64,000 nucleotides of DNA from Narcine bancroftii (lineage: Eukaryota): positions 54,126,001-54,190,000 of the forward strand of contig NC_091469.1 in NCBI RefSeq assembly GCF_036971445.1, given 5' to 3'. Positions 41,240-53,319 of this stretch are shown piece by piece. Under the pieces are notes generated by a model, which saw only the letters and a program-made list of their open reading frames with translations, was not told the origin of the DNA and ran no database searches. How positions within the stretch are numbered: position 1 is the stretch's first letter; every line of letters begins with the position of its first letter. The translations under genes and the position numbers were made by a program.

Positions 41240-41722
41240 GCTCTCTCTCTCTCCCTCTCTCTCCTTCGCCCTCTTTCTCACTTATTCTTTCCAATCCACC
41301 ACCCTCCCTCCCTCTCCTCTCTCTCACCCATTCTTTGCAATAGATTTCTCCCTCCCTCTTCTCTCCCTCTGCATCTCTCACCGATCACTTTCACCCACAG
41401 TCTCCCCCACTCCATCGCCCTCACACACTTTCCCTCTCACCCTCATTCCTCCCACTCTACCCATGTTGTTTTACTCACCCCATTTTCCCCTTCTCTCTTC
41501 CATCTCTCGATCTCCCCTCTGCGAGTTTATTTTCTTATCTAATAATCAATAACTTTATTTTCATTTTGTACTGTCCAAGACCCTGCCGAACTCCCTATCG
41601 TTCTCTCTCGCTCTCTGTGCTCCTGCAAACCCTTTGATATCTCCCCTCTCTCTCCTCGATCTCTCTCCTCTCCCTGCCAATCTCCCTCCACCAATCACAC
41701 TCTCCCTCCTTTTCTCTCACTC

Positions 41723-41778
<56 letters not shown>

Positions 41779-41785
41779 TCCCTCT
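41240..41785. repeat. CT-rich low-complexity tract with pure (CT)n at ~41728-41774
   Basis: Directly visible. Confidence 0.9.
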
Positions 41786-41993
41786 ATTTAAATTAAACAC
41801 TCCGATTTGCCATATTAACCAATAGCATTTGGGAGTCGGAGAAGTGAGCTCTCCCTCAGACGTCATATGAATTAGTGCCAACCTCTTCCACAAGCCCCAC
41901 CTCTCAAGCTTCTGACTGACATTTCCGCCCTTGGTGCAAAGGCACCTGTTCCCCTGCCACTGTTCCCGCCCTACTTCACCGCTGCGATGGGGA

Positions 41994-42032
41994 TGTTTTT
42001 GTAGGGCCTCATTGACAGCTCGTGCTGCCGTG
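41994..42032 (-). promoter_or_regulatory. Recombination signal sequence, 23-bp spacer
   Basis: Minus strand: heptamer CACGGCA (42032-42026), spacer GCACGAGCTGTCAATGAGGCCCT (exactly 23 nt), nonamer ACAAAAACA (42002-41994), directly after the V coding end. Confidence 0.92.
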
Positions 42033-42335
42033 TAGACTCCAGGCACAAAGATACAGGGCCAAGAGGGCTGTGCTCAGGTCAGCGGACTTCAATATAAACA
42101 GGTTGTCGCCCGGTCTCTCTGCAGACAAACCGTTTACAGTTACCCTTTGGTCCACGTGATCTCTGACCATGGAGTAAAACAGGTTATGAGGCCCCTTCCC
42201 GGGGTCCTGTCGATACCAGAACATTCTGTTGGTGCTGCTGCTTCCCTTCACTGTATACTGCAGCTCCATTCTGTTCCCAGGCCATTCAGAAACCACGGCT
42301 GGAACCTGGATGACAGTAACCCGGGCCCGATACCC
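42033..42335 (-). pseudogene. TRBV: T-cell receptor beta-like V exon (orphon; no leader, first Cys replaced by Tyr)
   Basis: Open frame VTVIQVP...MELQYTV...MFWYRQDPGKGPHNLFYS...LSAERPGDNLFILKS...ALYLCAWS followed by a 23-RSS. CAWS and LFYS recall the TRBV30-like type. TAT at 42255-42257 occupies the Cys23 position. No splice acceptor or leader upstream. Confidence 0.88.
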
Positions 42336-42439
42336 GGTACCCATTCACCCATTATCTAGTCCTTATGCGGGCCAGTCAGGGACACCCAAAGGGCTGGATG
42401 TAGCCCGGGGATCATACATTGTCCAGGTCTGGTCCAGGC

Positions 42440-44005
42440 AGATTGAGATTGCCGAACTTCAAAAAATATTATTGGGTGCCTCAGTTGAGATACATTGCCT
42501 CCCTTTTTCAGGGAGGAGATGTACCATCCTGAGCACAAATTGATCTGTACCTGATGGGCGAGAAGATAGCAGAGGATTTTATTTATAAATGGGACATTAA
42601 ATTTTTAACAGGGAAGAAGTACAGACCCATATTAAAACAAGTCATTAGTATCTAGGCCAAAATGAACCAGTATTTGGATATTAAGCTGGAGCTGACACCA
42701 AAAACACCCTTGACTCTGAATAAATTAATACCACTAACAGTGATTCTGGACATCTGGCTCTGTAATGGAGTCAGATGTATGGAGGACTGTTATGAGCAAG
42801 GGCAATTAATGTCATTTGAACAGCTTAAAAATTAATATGATTTACTGAATAATACATTTCACTGCTATCTTCAAATAAAGTATTTTTTACAGGACTTATT
42901 AAGTCTAGGTATGGTCCTACCTCATTGCAGTAGCATAGAGGCCCTGATTTGAAGGGGAATCAGCAAGAAATTTACTTCAACAATGTATTACCTGTTCCAG
43001 TCAGAGGGTCCCAAACCGGGCCTTCATAGGTCGAGAGAAAGATGGGAGTCGGACATAGGTATTACAATTGATCAGATCTGCAGGTCTGCCCTGTGCTGGG
43101 TAAGTATGACCTTGGTCATTAATGCAAGGTATAGGCTCGCCCAGTATAACATTTTACACCAGTTATACATAACTGCAGAAAATCAACAGATCAAAAGCAG
43201 AACTCCCAGACAAATGCTTCAGGTGTGGTGTTGCAGCCGGTACATTTGTTCATGCAATCTGGTCATCTGCCAAGGTGAGGCCCTTTTGGGTGGATCTAGA
43301 CCAAGTCCTGGAAAAAATTATAGTTAAATGATTCCCCCGGGACCCAGAGGTGTTCCTACTGGTGAATATAATGGACATAAGGCTTACAATGAAGCATTCC
43401 AAATTTCACATCCAATTTGTGTTAATCACAATGGCAGTGGCCATGATGTGCATTGCGGTGACCTGGAAGTCTGACTCTATTCTTAGTATTGAGCGATGGA
43501 ACAAGGAAATGCAAAGTTGCATTGCCCTGGAGAAAATAACTTACAATCTGTGAAACAAATACAGAACCTTTTGGAAGATTTGGGGAGCCATACATGCACT
43601 ACATAGGTGCATGGAGGTGACTGTTCTACCATTCCCTGCTGTTGCTCCCTCTCTTCTGCACTGATCCCGATCAAGGAAAGTCAAGAATGAGCACTGACTT
43701 GGAAGCCGTCCATTGAGCCATGATAGTCTCTGTTTCTTTTCTCATTTCTTTTTATCATTTGTATTCTTATTCATTTCCTTAATATTAGTGTTTGTTATTG
43801 TTATTGACATTGTAGTATGAACAAATTGTTTAGTTTTATAGGTGGGGTAAGGGTGTGGGCAATGACATGGGCTTATATATATAGTCATAGAGAAAAAGAA
43901 TACATGTACATGTATATGAGTTTGTGAACTGCCATTGTTGACAGGTTGCAGTGTTTGACTGCACAGCCCTGTGTGAAAAATTATAAATAAATATTCCAAA
44001 AAAAA
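42440..44005 (+). mobile_element. L1 LINE ORF2 3' part and 3' UTR (continuation of 37958-39080)
   Basis: RLRLPNFKKYYW, CFRC..H..W-C knuckle region, EKITYNL; AATAAA and A tail at ~43985-44005. Confidence 0.88.
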
Positions 44006-44011
44006 TGTTGT

Positions 44012-45390
44012 TAGCCACGGGTGTGATGCCAAAGGATGAGAGGGTAGCTGATGTTATTCTGTTGCTTGAGAAAGTATCCAAAAATAGCACAGTAAATTAT
44101 AGGACAGTGAGCCTGACATCAGTATTATGTAAATTACTGTAAGATGTCCTAAGAGGTCAGATGTACAATTATTTGGATAGCAAGGAATAGTCAACATAGC
44201 TTTGTGCCTGGTAGGTCGTGTTTAACCAATCTTATAGAGCTTTTCGAGGAGGTTACCAGAAACATTGATGAAGGAAAGACTGTGGATTTTGTCTACGTGT
44301 ACTTTAGTAAGGTCTTTGACAAGGTCCCACATGGAAGGTTAGTCAGGAAGGCTCAGATGCTCGGTATTCATGGTGAAGTAGTGAACTGGATTCGACATTG
44401 ACTGTACAGGAGAAGCCAGAGAGTGGTAGTGAATGATTGCTTCTCAGACTGGAGGCCTTTCACTAGTGATGTGCCTCAGGGATCAGTGCTGGGACCATTG
44501 TTGTTTGTCATCTATATCAAGGATCTGGATGACTATGTGATAAATTGGATCAGCAAGTTTGCAGATGACACAAAGATTGGAGGTGTTGTGGAGAGCGAAG
44601 AGGGTTTTCAAAGCTTGCAGAGGGATCTGGACCAGCTGGAAAAATAGACTGAAAAATGGCAGATGGAATTTAAGGCAGACAAGTGTGAAGTGTTGTATTT
44701 TGGAAGGAAGAAACAAGAAAGAACATACATGGTAAATAGAAGGGCACTGAGAAGTGCAATAGGGTTTTATTCCCTGGAGGGTAGAACAATGAAAAGAGAT
44801 TTGATCAAGGTATTTAAAATTATGAGGGACATAGAGTAAACGAAGGTAGGCTTTTCCACTTGAGGATAGGTGAGATACAATCCAAAATATATGGGTTAAG
44901 GATGAAGAGAAATGTTTAGGGGGAATATTAGGGTGGGGGTACTTTTTCATATAGAACGTAGTGGGAACATGGGACAAGCTGTCAGCTGAAGTAGTAAATG
45001 CAGGTTAAATGTTAACTTAAGAAGAATTTGGACAGGTACATGGATAGGAGAAATATGGAGAGCTTTGGACTGGCTGGAGATCAGTGAGACTAGGCCGAAT
45101 AACAGTTTGGCACAGACTAAAAGGAACGAAGGGCATATATCTGTGCTGTAATGTTTCATGTGTAACATGATCGAAAGTACTCAGGGACATGTGTAGAGCT
45201 CAAACACGCTTTTATTAGTTTTCAACTAACAGCCGGTATCTACAATAATCTTCAGGTAAATTGGAGGTAAGGTGGGAAAAAAGGATTTATATTGGGACGG
45301 ACAGGGGCGAGGCCAAGAGGAGAGGTCAGCCGTCTAATCTATACATAGACAGTGAATTCCAGTTCACTGCACCATGATTTTCTGGTTCTA
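44012..45390 (+). mobile_element. CR1 LINE, decayed
   Basis: GRSCLTNLIE, FSKVFDKVPH, VPQGSVLGP and KFADDTK motifs. Confidence 0.9.
45161..45371 (-). mobile_element. Short solo LTR inserted in the CR1 tail
   Basis: TG...CA ends; flanks TCATG / CCATG; minus-strand AATAAA. Confidence 0.6.
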
Positions 45391-46061
45391 TGGACGTAAG
45401 AAAAATAGAAGGTTATGGGTGTAAAGTAGGGAAGGTTTATTTTGTTGAATGGGTTTATCTAGGTCAGCACAACATAAAAAGCCAAAGGGCCTGTACTGTG
45501 CTGTAATGTTCTATGATCTTCCTTGTATGCTGACTTCTTCTAATCAGTCCCTACCTTTCCACGTGAACATAAATCCCATCCCTCAGAATCATATCTCCAC
45601 CAATATTCCTACTACTGATACAAAGCTACTGCTCTGTAGTTTCCAGGCTTATTATTTCAGTTCTTTTTAATCAATAGCTATCATCTATTTTTCTGCCACA
45701 TCAATGACCAATGAAGACACACATATCTTTGTCAGGGCCTCTGACAATCTCCTCCCTTGCCTCCTTAAGCATCCTGCGATATATCCCTGATCTCCAATTC
45801 TACCTTCCTGACACAGCCTTGTTCCAGAGTATCAGCATACCCCTCCCTTTACTCTCCATTCTTAGTGTCCTTCTGCATAGTAAAGATTGATGAAAAGTAT
45901 TTATTTAACACCTTGTTCATATCCCTAAGTCCACACAAAATATAGCTCACTTGGCCCTGAGGGACATATTCTTTCCTTAGCTACCCTCTTTATTCTCATA
46001 TAAAATGTTTAAGGATTATCCTTAACTTGCAACATTTATTTCATGACTCCATTTTACACTC

Positions 46062-46264
46062 TGTTGCCACTGAAAATGCAGTGATGGCTGATGAATGTGA
46101 AATAACGACACACACAGTTGCAGGTAAATCAGAACTTGTATACTCAAATCACATGCGTATTCTTTAAAGACATTGAAACACGTGCACCACGTCATGACGG
46201 TATGACATCCCGGGCCAGTTTGCTAGTCTTTTCGGAGTTGTAGTCTATCTGTAATGCCACTACA
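46062..46264 (-). mobile_element. Short solo LTR within an old CR1 fragment (~45550-46470)
   Basis: TGT...ACA ends; CpG-richer than the flanks; flanks ACTC / CCTC. Confidence 0.5.
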
Positions 46265-47883
46265 CCTCCTCAATTCTTTATTTTTCTCTCATATCCCCAA
46301 GAAAACGTGACTAATTAGATAACAATTTCCTATACCCAATGTTCACTTCCCTTAGGTACCTGATGAAATTTTCAATATCCTTCCCTAAACTTATCTTTTT
46401 TTCCTCCTACCTTAAAGGAACATGCTGACTCTGGACTCGACTCTTTCTTGTTGAACACTTCTCACTTAATCAGATTGACTTGCACCACTCATTTCAAGAA
46501 CAGCTGCTACCCCTCCAACAACAGACTCTTCAACAACAAACTCAATCAAGTACGCATATAAGGACTCTTACTTTTGCACTTTATTGATTGTTTTCTCTCT
46601 GTAATGCACAGTCAGTTTGTTTAGCTTTCCTTATTTGTTTACATGTGTACATTAAGTACAGGGGTTTTTCTTGCACTATCAGTAATTAGTAAATCTGTCT
46701 CACCCACAGGGAAAAAAATACTTAGGATTGTATGTGATGTCATATATATATATATACTCTGACAATAAATCCGAAATGTTGTTTCCCCTCTGGCAGCTGC
46801 TTCAGATCTACCTCTCCAATGTTCTATCTTACACTATTAAAAAATCAATAGGGCCTTAACTTGAAGAATAACTTTATCTTTATTCATGTTTTCCCCCCCA
46901 TTGTAGAAAGATCAAAGGGTTTGTAGATTAGCATGGTAAATAGAAAACTGCAAATGCATCAGTCTCTTAAACAAAAATGATCCTTGCTACATCAATGCCC
47001 TTAAATCTTCAGTAACCTCTTATTTATTAGATCAAAAAATGCTTACAGTTTTCTTATGTTTAGTGCTCATTGTCAGCTGCATGGGTTGCAATACCTAACC
47101 AATCTGAGAGGCATTAACCTGTTAAAGTTGAGGGCCTCATAGAGATCTATTAAAGATTGATATTCATAATTGAAAATTAGTGTAAAAATGCCATGAAAAG
47201 GTAATCTCCCAGAAGAAATGATATGTGCACACATCATTTCATATACAATAATATGTATTTTAATATCCAAATTTAGAATGTCAGTGATTTGGAAGGGAAA
47301 TATTCTGTTTACCCACAGCAGATTGTTTGCAAGTTTAAGATCTTACATAACCCAACACATCAAAGGTAATAAACACAGCAGCTTGTTATTTTTTTAAATC
47401 AACTGGGTTTTGTTTTAGAAATATTGGAAAGAATAGATTTCCTGTTCTCTTTTAAAAATGCCTTTTCTCCTACAAATACAGCTTTGACATTTCCCTTTGG
47501 TAAGTTATTGAATTATACTGCACTATACTGTAATACAATTTTCTCACAAAGCCCAACTAAAACTGATAGGCTTGTGGATCGAGATGTAAAATTCCTGCAT
47601 GGAATGAAATTAGGAGTAATTTAATGCCTTCTCCTGTTTTGTCTGGCTTGTAACTTAATTAAGCTATCAATATCTGCTGATGGTGCTGACAAGTCTACAG
47701 CCATCCATTTTCTGGTGGATAAATAAGGTCTTCTTTGGGGATCTATTTGTTACTGCCTGAAACTTCACTATAAAATGTAATGCTAAATAAATACAGACCA
47801 ACATCAAAACACATTGTTCCCTACTGGTATTGTATTGGTTAAAGTAAATATTAACAAAACAATTGGGATATGTTGTATTCGGC

Positions 47884-48243
47884 CAGTGGTTCTCACCTTT
47901 TTCTTTCCATTCACATACCACTTTAAGTAATCCCTATGCCATTGGTGCTCTGTGATTAGTAAGGGATTGTGAGTGGGAAGGGAAGGTTGAGAATCACTGC
48001 TCTAAATCTAATTTTTACTGAAATATTTTCCTTGAGAAAAATTGTCATTGGCCCATTTCCTTTGGAGTTAGGAAACTGTGCATGTCACGAGTCAATTAGG
48101 AACGATTAAAACACTGGTTTTCAAACTTTTTCTTTCCACTCTCGTACCACCTTAGGCAATCTCTTACTAATCACAGAGCATCTATGGCATAGGGAATACT
48201 TAAAGTGGTATATAAGTGGAAAGAAAAAGGTTGAGAACCACTG
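47884..48243. mobile_element. Composite hAT MITE
   Basis: Outer TIRs CAGTGGTTCTCA / TGAGAACCACTG; inner TIR-like copies at ~47985-47999 and ~48112-48126. Confidence 0.85.
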
Positions 48244-50599
48244 TGGCTTACAGAGGGATCAGACCCATCCATGTGCTGGATTGATAGCTGTTGGGAGGGG
48301 CCAAAGTATTCCACCTGCAACTTTTGCAACCAAGAAGCTCGCTAGCAAGCACATGGGAAGGACACCACCTCTACACGTTCCTATCCAATGTGTACCTTAT
48401 CCTGAATTAGAACATCTTCTATCCTGCAATTCCCAACAGAATTACTAAACAACATTGGTGGTTCAAAAAGCTGACTCATCACTACCTTCTCAAGGGTAAT
48501 AAATATTAGCCTAGATCCTAGACAAGAAAGAAAAAGGGAAAATGTATCAGGCAAGTATTTTGCATGAATAATTAATTATAATTTCTTGAATGACTAACTT
48601 ACAAATGTTTCAAAACAATAGCACCCAATAAATTCACACCACACAAGAGAGAAATTAATAATTTCTGTGGGGCTAAATATTGACTAAAGTATCAAAATCT
48701 GAATATTCTCCGGCTTTATTGTTTACATTTTTAACCTTATCTCAGTACAACAGGTCACAAGTAAGAGTAATTTAAATGTTTAACTTCCATTATAATCTAT
48801 CGGAAGAGCATACAGTTTAATTGTGTGTTTGAGAATAATATTTAATAATATTTAGTGAAGGTACAACAAATCACAACACTGGAAAAACAAATAGTGTAGT
48901 CCAATAATATTTGAAACAAGGAGTCAAAAATGTTTACCATGCTATATTTGTTACCCTATATAAATGCTATGGAGTCATCTGAAGGTCCAAAGAATTAATT
49001 TATAGTCAGGAAAAAATTCTTAAAGGAGAATTGTTTACTGACATTCTAAGATTATACTTGTCTCATTGTCTTGACATTGTGATAAATTCTAATACCTTTC
49101 GGATGTCATTTTTCAAGGTGGTGATTCTCTCTTGCATCAGTGGATTGGATATGTCTTATAAAACAGGTATTTAAATAATATTGGCTGATTGATGTCACAA
49201 CATGGTCTGTTCAGCAGCATCACAGAGGAAGTTTTTTTACAGAACTGGCCATCCTTCTCCTGCTCTACATTTTGCTCTTAACTTGTCTCCACCAACACAA
49301 AATGAGTGATTGGAATGGAGGGCATAAATAATGTTCACTGCCTAAAATGCACTTCAGATAGTTGCTACTTTAAAAAAAAATAACCGACTGATGGTTGGAA
49401 AATAAACCTTATGTTATAAATTAATTGAAAAAAAGTTACTACAAACAAAATCATTCTATGAATTTCATTAAGCCATTGTTACAAAATATATTGCAATGAT
49501 TAATATAAAAAGAAAAGTACCCCTTCCACAGGAGTGGAGGGTTAAACAACTATTACATAGTATACCCTCTACACAAAGCCTATTTGGAGAAAAAGCAGTT
49601 GAGTTAGATGCTTTTATCAATAATAATCTCATCTATAGTAAACAGCAACATTGATGGCCAGTATTACTGGATACAAATTATAGCTGCATCAGCTTTGAAA
49701 TTGACACTAAAAACACTCTCAATTCAACCAAGAGAAAATGATAAACAAAAGCTTACAAATGCCAACCATGCAGCAGTCTAACATTTTTCACTCTGGATAT
49801 AGAAAATATATGAAGACCAAGATTTGATCATTTTGTTAAAATTGCAGGGCTGTGTGAGGCAACTAAGCATTGACTATAAGGAAAGCAATTTTTCAAGCAG
49901 CAGTTCCAAAGGATCTGTCCATCACAACTCTTCTGCAGTAATGATCTGTACAGATCTCCAAAGCCGTTGTAAAGTTCCTTTATCCTGTAACTTTTGGAAA
50001 GTGAAACTGCAAAAACACAATACTGATAAAAGTAGTGTAATGCCAGAAAAGTAAAGGCAGCTTTAACAAAGAAGTTCCTTAAGTACTATTAGTCACCTTA
50101 ATGGAATCATGCCAGCATGTGTTTGATGATGGGTGTGTCCAATTAAAATAGTCACTGACTCCCAATGATCACAAATTATGTCACAGTTATGTATTTGATA
50201 TTGACATTATTAGGAAAAATAAAGACAGTTTTCTTTAAGAAAAATAGCCATCTGAATTTGGTTAGAAGATTAACATACTTATTTATGCTTATCTAGTTCT
50301 AATGCAGTTTAGGGGACATGCCATTTAATGGAGAATATGCAAGTGAATAAGGAACCCTAACCAGTGGCTTGTGCTCTTTTAATGGGTGCTTCAACACAAG
50401 CTGTGATGTGGAAAAATCAACACTTCTCTGTTTTAAAATTCATCAATGAAAATTATGTTGAATAAGGAGATAGCCCTTTTTCAGATTTATCATGTTTCAA
50501 ATATATTGTCACATATAACCCTGAGATCCTAATTTTCTGTAGGAATGACAGAATTACCACTTATTGGCAGTACAAAAAAAAACTGTACAGAGATAACAG

Positions 50600-53310
50600 G
50601 ATTGCTGCCTGTGCCATGCGCTAGAGAGGGTAGGAATAGGAAGATCTAGTGGATTCATGTGTGGCTAAAGAGTTGGTGCAGGGGGCAGGGGTTCAGATTT
50701 GTGCATAATTGGCATCTCTTCTGGGGAAGGTTTGACCTGTACAAAAAGGATGGGCTGCACTTGAACTGGAAAGGGATCAATATCCTGGCAGGAAGGTTTG
50801 CTAGATCTGTTGGGGAGGGTTTAAACTAGTTTGGCAGGGTGGTGGGAATCAGAATGAGAGTGAGGATATTAGGGTAGAAAGACAATTAGATTTGAAGGGA
50901 GAGTGGAACCAGACTGATAAAAATTAATGAGGGAGAAGGTGTAGCAAAAGTAGATGGTAATCAAAGAAGTTAATGTGAAGAATTGTGGTGCTACCACTGT
51001 ATTGTCTGTATTGTATGTATTGTTTGACCTGCCCAGCTCCCTAAGCCTATGATTCCTCCCCCATAAAATCCCTATAAAGGCTGTTACACCCAAACTCCTC
51101 CCTCAGTACCTGCCTTTGAACTGTGCCTGTAACATGGGATGTGTTGATGTCTTAAGGTGATTAAAGCCTATTGATCATAACTCACTGTCTAATGTGGTTG
51201 ATCAAAAGTGCTACAGGAACATTCTCTCGAGTGTATATTTCAATGCAAGGAGCATTATACATAAGGTGGATGATCTTAGAGCATGAATTGACAAATAGAA
51301 ATATGATATTGTAGCCATCAGTGGAACTTGGTTGCAGGAGGGCCATAAATGGCAGCTAAATGTTCCTGGATTCCATTGCTTTAGGTGTGATAGAACAGGG
51401 GGGGATAAAAGATGGAGGAATCGCATTGCTTCTTAGAGGAAACATTACAGCGGTGCTATGGCAGGATAGATTGGAGGGATTAACCAGAGAGGGTATTTGG
51501 GTGGAAGTGAGGAAGGGAAAGACATGAACACACGAAAGGGGGTGCATTATAGACCACCTAATAGGCAGAGGGGATTAGAGGAGCAAGTTTGTAAGGAGAT
51601 AGCATATATGTGTAATAAACATAAGGTGGTGATTATAGGAGATTTTAACTTTCCACAGATTGACTGGGAAGCCCATACTGTAAAACAGCTGGTTAGGTTG
51701 GAGTTTGTAAAATGTGTTCAGGGAAGTTTTCTAAATCAATACATAGAAGAACCGACTAGAGGGGGTGATGTATTGGATCTCCTATTAGGGAATGAGATAG
51801 GTCAGGTGACAGATGTGTGTTGGGGAACACTTTGGATCTAGTGATCACTATACTATTAGTTATAGGTTAATTATGGAGAAGGACAGGGCTGAGCCTGAGG
51901 TTGAGATTCAGGATTGGAATAAGGTTAACACCGAGGAGATGCAAAAGGATTTAGAAGGTGTAGATTGGGATCATTTATTTTCTGGGAAAGATAGAACAGA
52001 TAAATGGAGGATATTCAAAGGGGAAATTTTGAGAGTACAGAGTTAATATGTCCCTGTAAGGATTAAGGGAAAGATTAGAAAAATATAGGGAGCCTTGGTT
52101 TTCAAATATTGGAAATTTGGTTCGGAGAAAGATGGATGTGTACAACTGGTATAGACAGCAAGGAATAAAAGAGGTCCCTGAGGAATATAAAGAGATGAGA
52201 AAAAAAAAAACCTTAAGAAAGAAATTAGAAAGGCCAAAAGAAGATATGAGGCTGCTTTGGCAGGCAAGGTAAAAATAAATAAATCCAAAGGGTTTTCTAC
52301 AGATACATTAAAAGTAAAAGAAAAGTAAGGGTTAAAATTGGACCCTTTGAGGAGTCAGAAGAAATGGGGAAAATTTTAAATGATTTTTTTTTCCCTCAAT
52401 ATGCACTAAGGAAAGAAATATTGACTCAGGTGAAGTAAGGAAATCTGGTAGTGAGGTCATGGAAAATATATAGATTAATTAGTAGGTAGTACTGGCTATT
52501 TTAAAGAGAATAAAGGTGGATAAATCTTCGAGTCCTGAAGATATTCCTGAGGACCTTGAGGGAGGTTAGTATAGAAATAGCTGGGGATCTGACAGAAATA
52601 TTTATAATGCCATTAGCCACAGGGGAGGTGCCAGAGGATTAGAGGGTAGCTCATGTTATTCCACTGTTTAAAAAAAGGCACTAAAAGTAAAGCAGGTAAT
52701 TATAGGCCTGTGAGTCTGATGTTGGTTGTAGGTAGATTAATGGAGAGTGTTCTTACAGATGGTATATACAATTATTTGGATAGACAGGGATTGATTAGGA
52801 GTAGTCAGCACGGTTTTGTGCATGGTAGATCATGTTTCTCAAATCTTATAGAGTTTTTCAAGGAGGTTAATAAGGTTGATGAGGGGAATGCTGTGGATGA
52901 TGTCTATGTAGCTTTAGTAAGACCTTTGACAAGATTCTGCATAAGAGGTTAGTTAGGAAGGTTGAATCATCAGGTAATAATGTTGAAGTAGTGAAATGGA
53001 TTCAATGATGGTGCATAGGAGAAGCCAGAGAGTAGTGTTGGAAATATTTTTGTCAAATTTTGGAGGCCAATGACACCAATTTGACAAAATTTCCTCAGGG
53101 ATCAGTACTTGATCTATTGTTGTTTGTCATATACATTAAAGATCTATATCATAGGGTGGTAAATTAGATTAATAAGTATGAAGATTAAACTAAGATTGGT
53201 GGTGTCGTGGACAGTGAAGAAGGTGGCAGTGGGATATAGGTCAGTTAGAAGAGTGGGCTGAAAGATGGCAGATGGAGTTTAATACTGATAAATGTGAGGT
53301 ACTACATTTT
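50600..53310 (+). mobile_element. CR1 LINE (ORF1 esterase remnant, endonuclease, RT), decayed
   Basis: DGLHLN (ORF1), YFNARSI, IIGDFNFPQIDW, NYRPVSL and WQMEFN motifs. Confidence 0.88.
50940..51215 (+). mobile_element. Short solo LTR nested in CR1
   Basis: TGTAGCA...TGCTACA inverted ends; TATAAA and ATTAAA; TSD unclear. Confidence 0.6.
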
Positions 53311-53319
53311 AATTGACCA

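Larger units (their letters stand above)
39081..42431 (-). mobile_element. hAT (Charlie/SPIN/GTF2IRD2-type) DNA transposon carrying a TCR V exon
   Basis: TIRs CAGGGGTGGGCAA (39081-39093) and TTGTCCAGGTCTG (42419-42431); 8-bp TSD ATCTAGGC (39073-39080) / GTCCAGGC (42432-42439); GGGCC-rich subterminal motifs at both ends; excision restores the L1 frame TRDNNLGRLRLPNF. Confidence 0.9.

Noticed and set aside
42341-42361. ATCTAGTC as an alternative right TSD with a cryptic TIR
   Set aside because: The TIR match is poor. The end at 42431 has a better TIR, subterminal motifs, and restores the L1 frame exactly.
42356-42415. MIPGLHPALWVSLT as a possible leader peptide for the V exon
   Set aside because: Out of frame with the V, hits a stop, has no intron, and coincides with the hAT subterminal GGGCC motifs and TIR.
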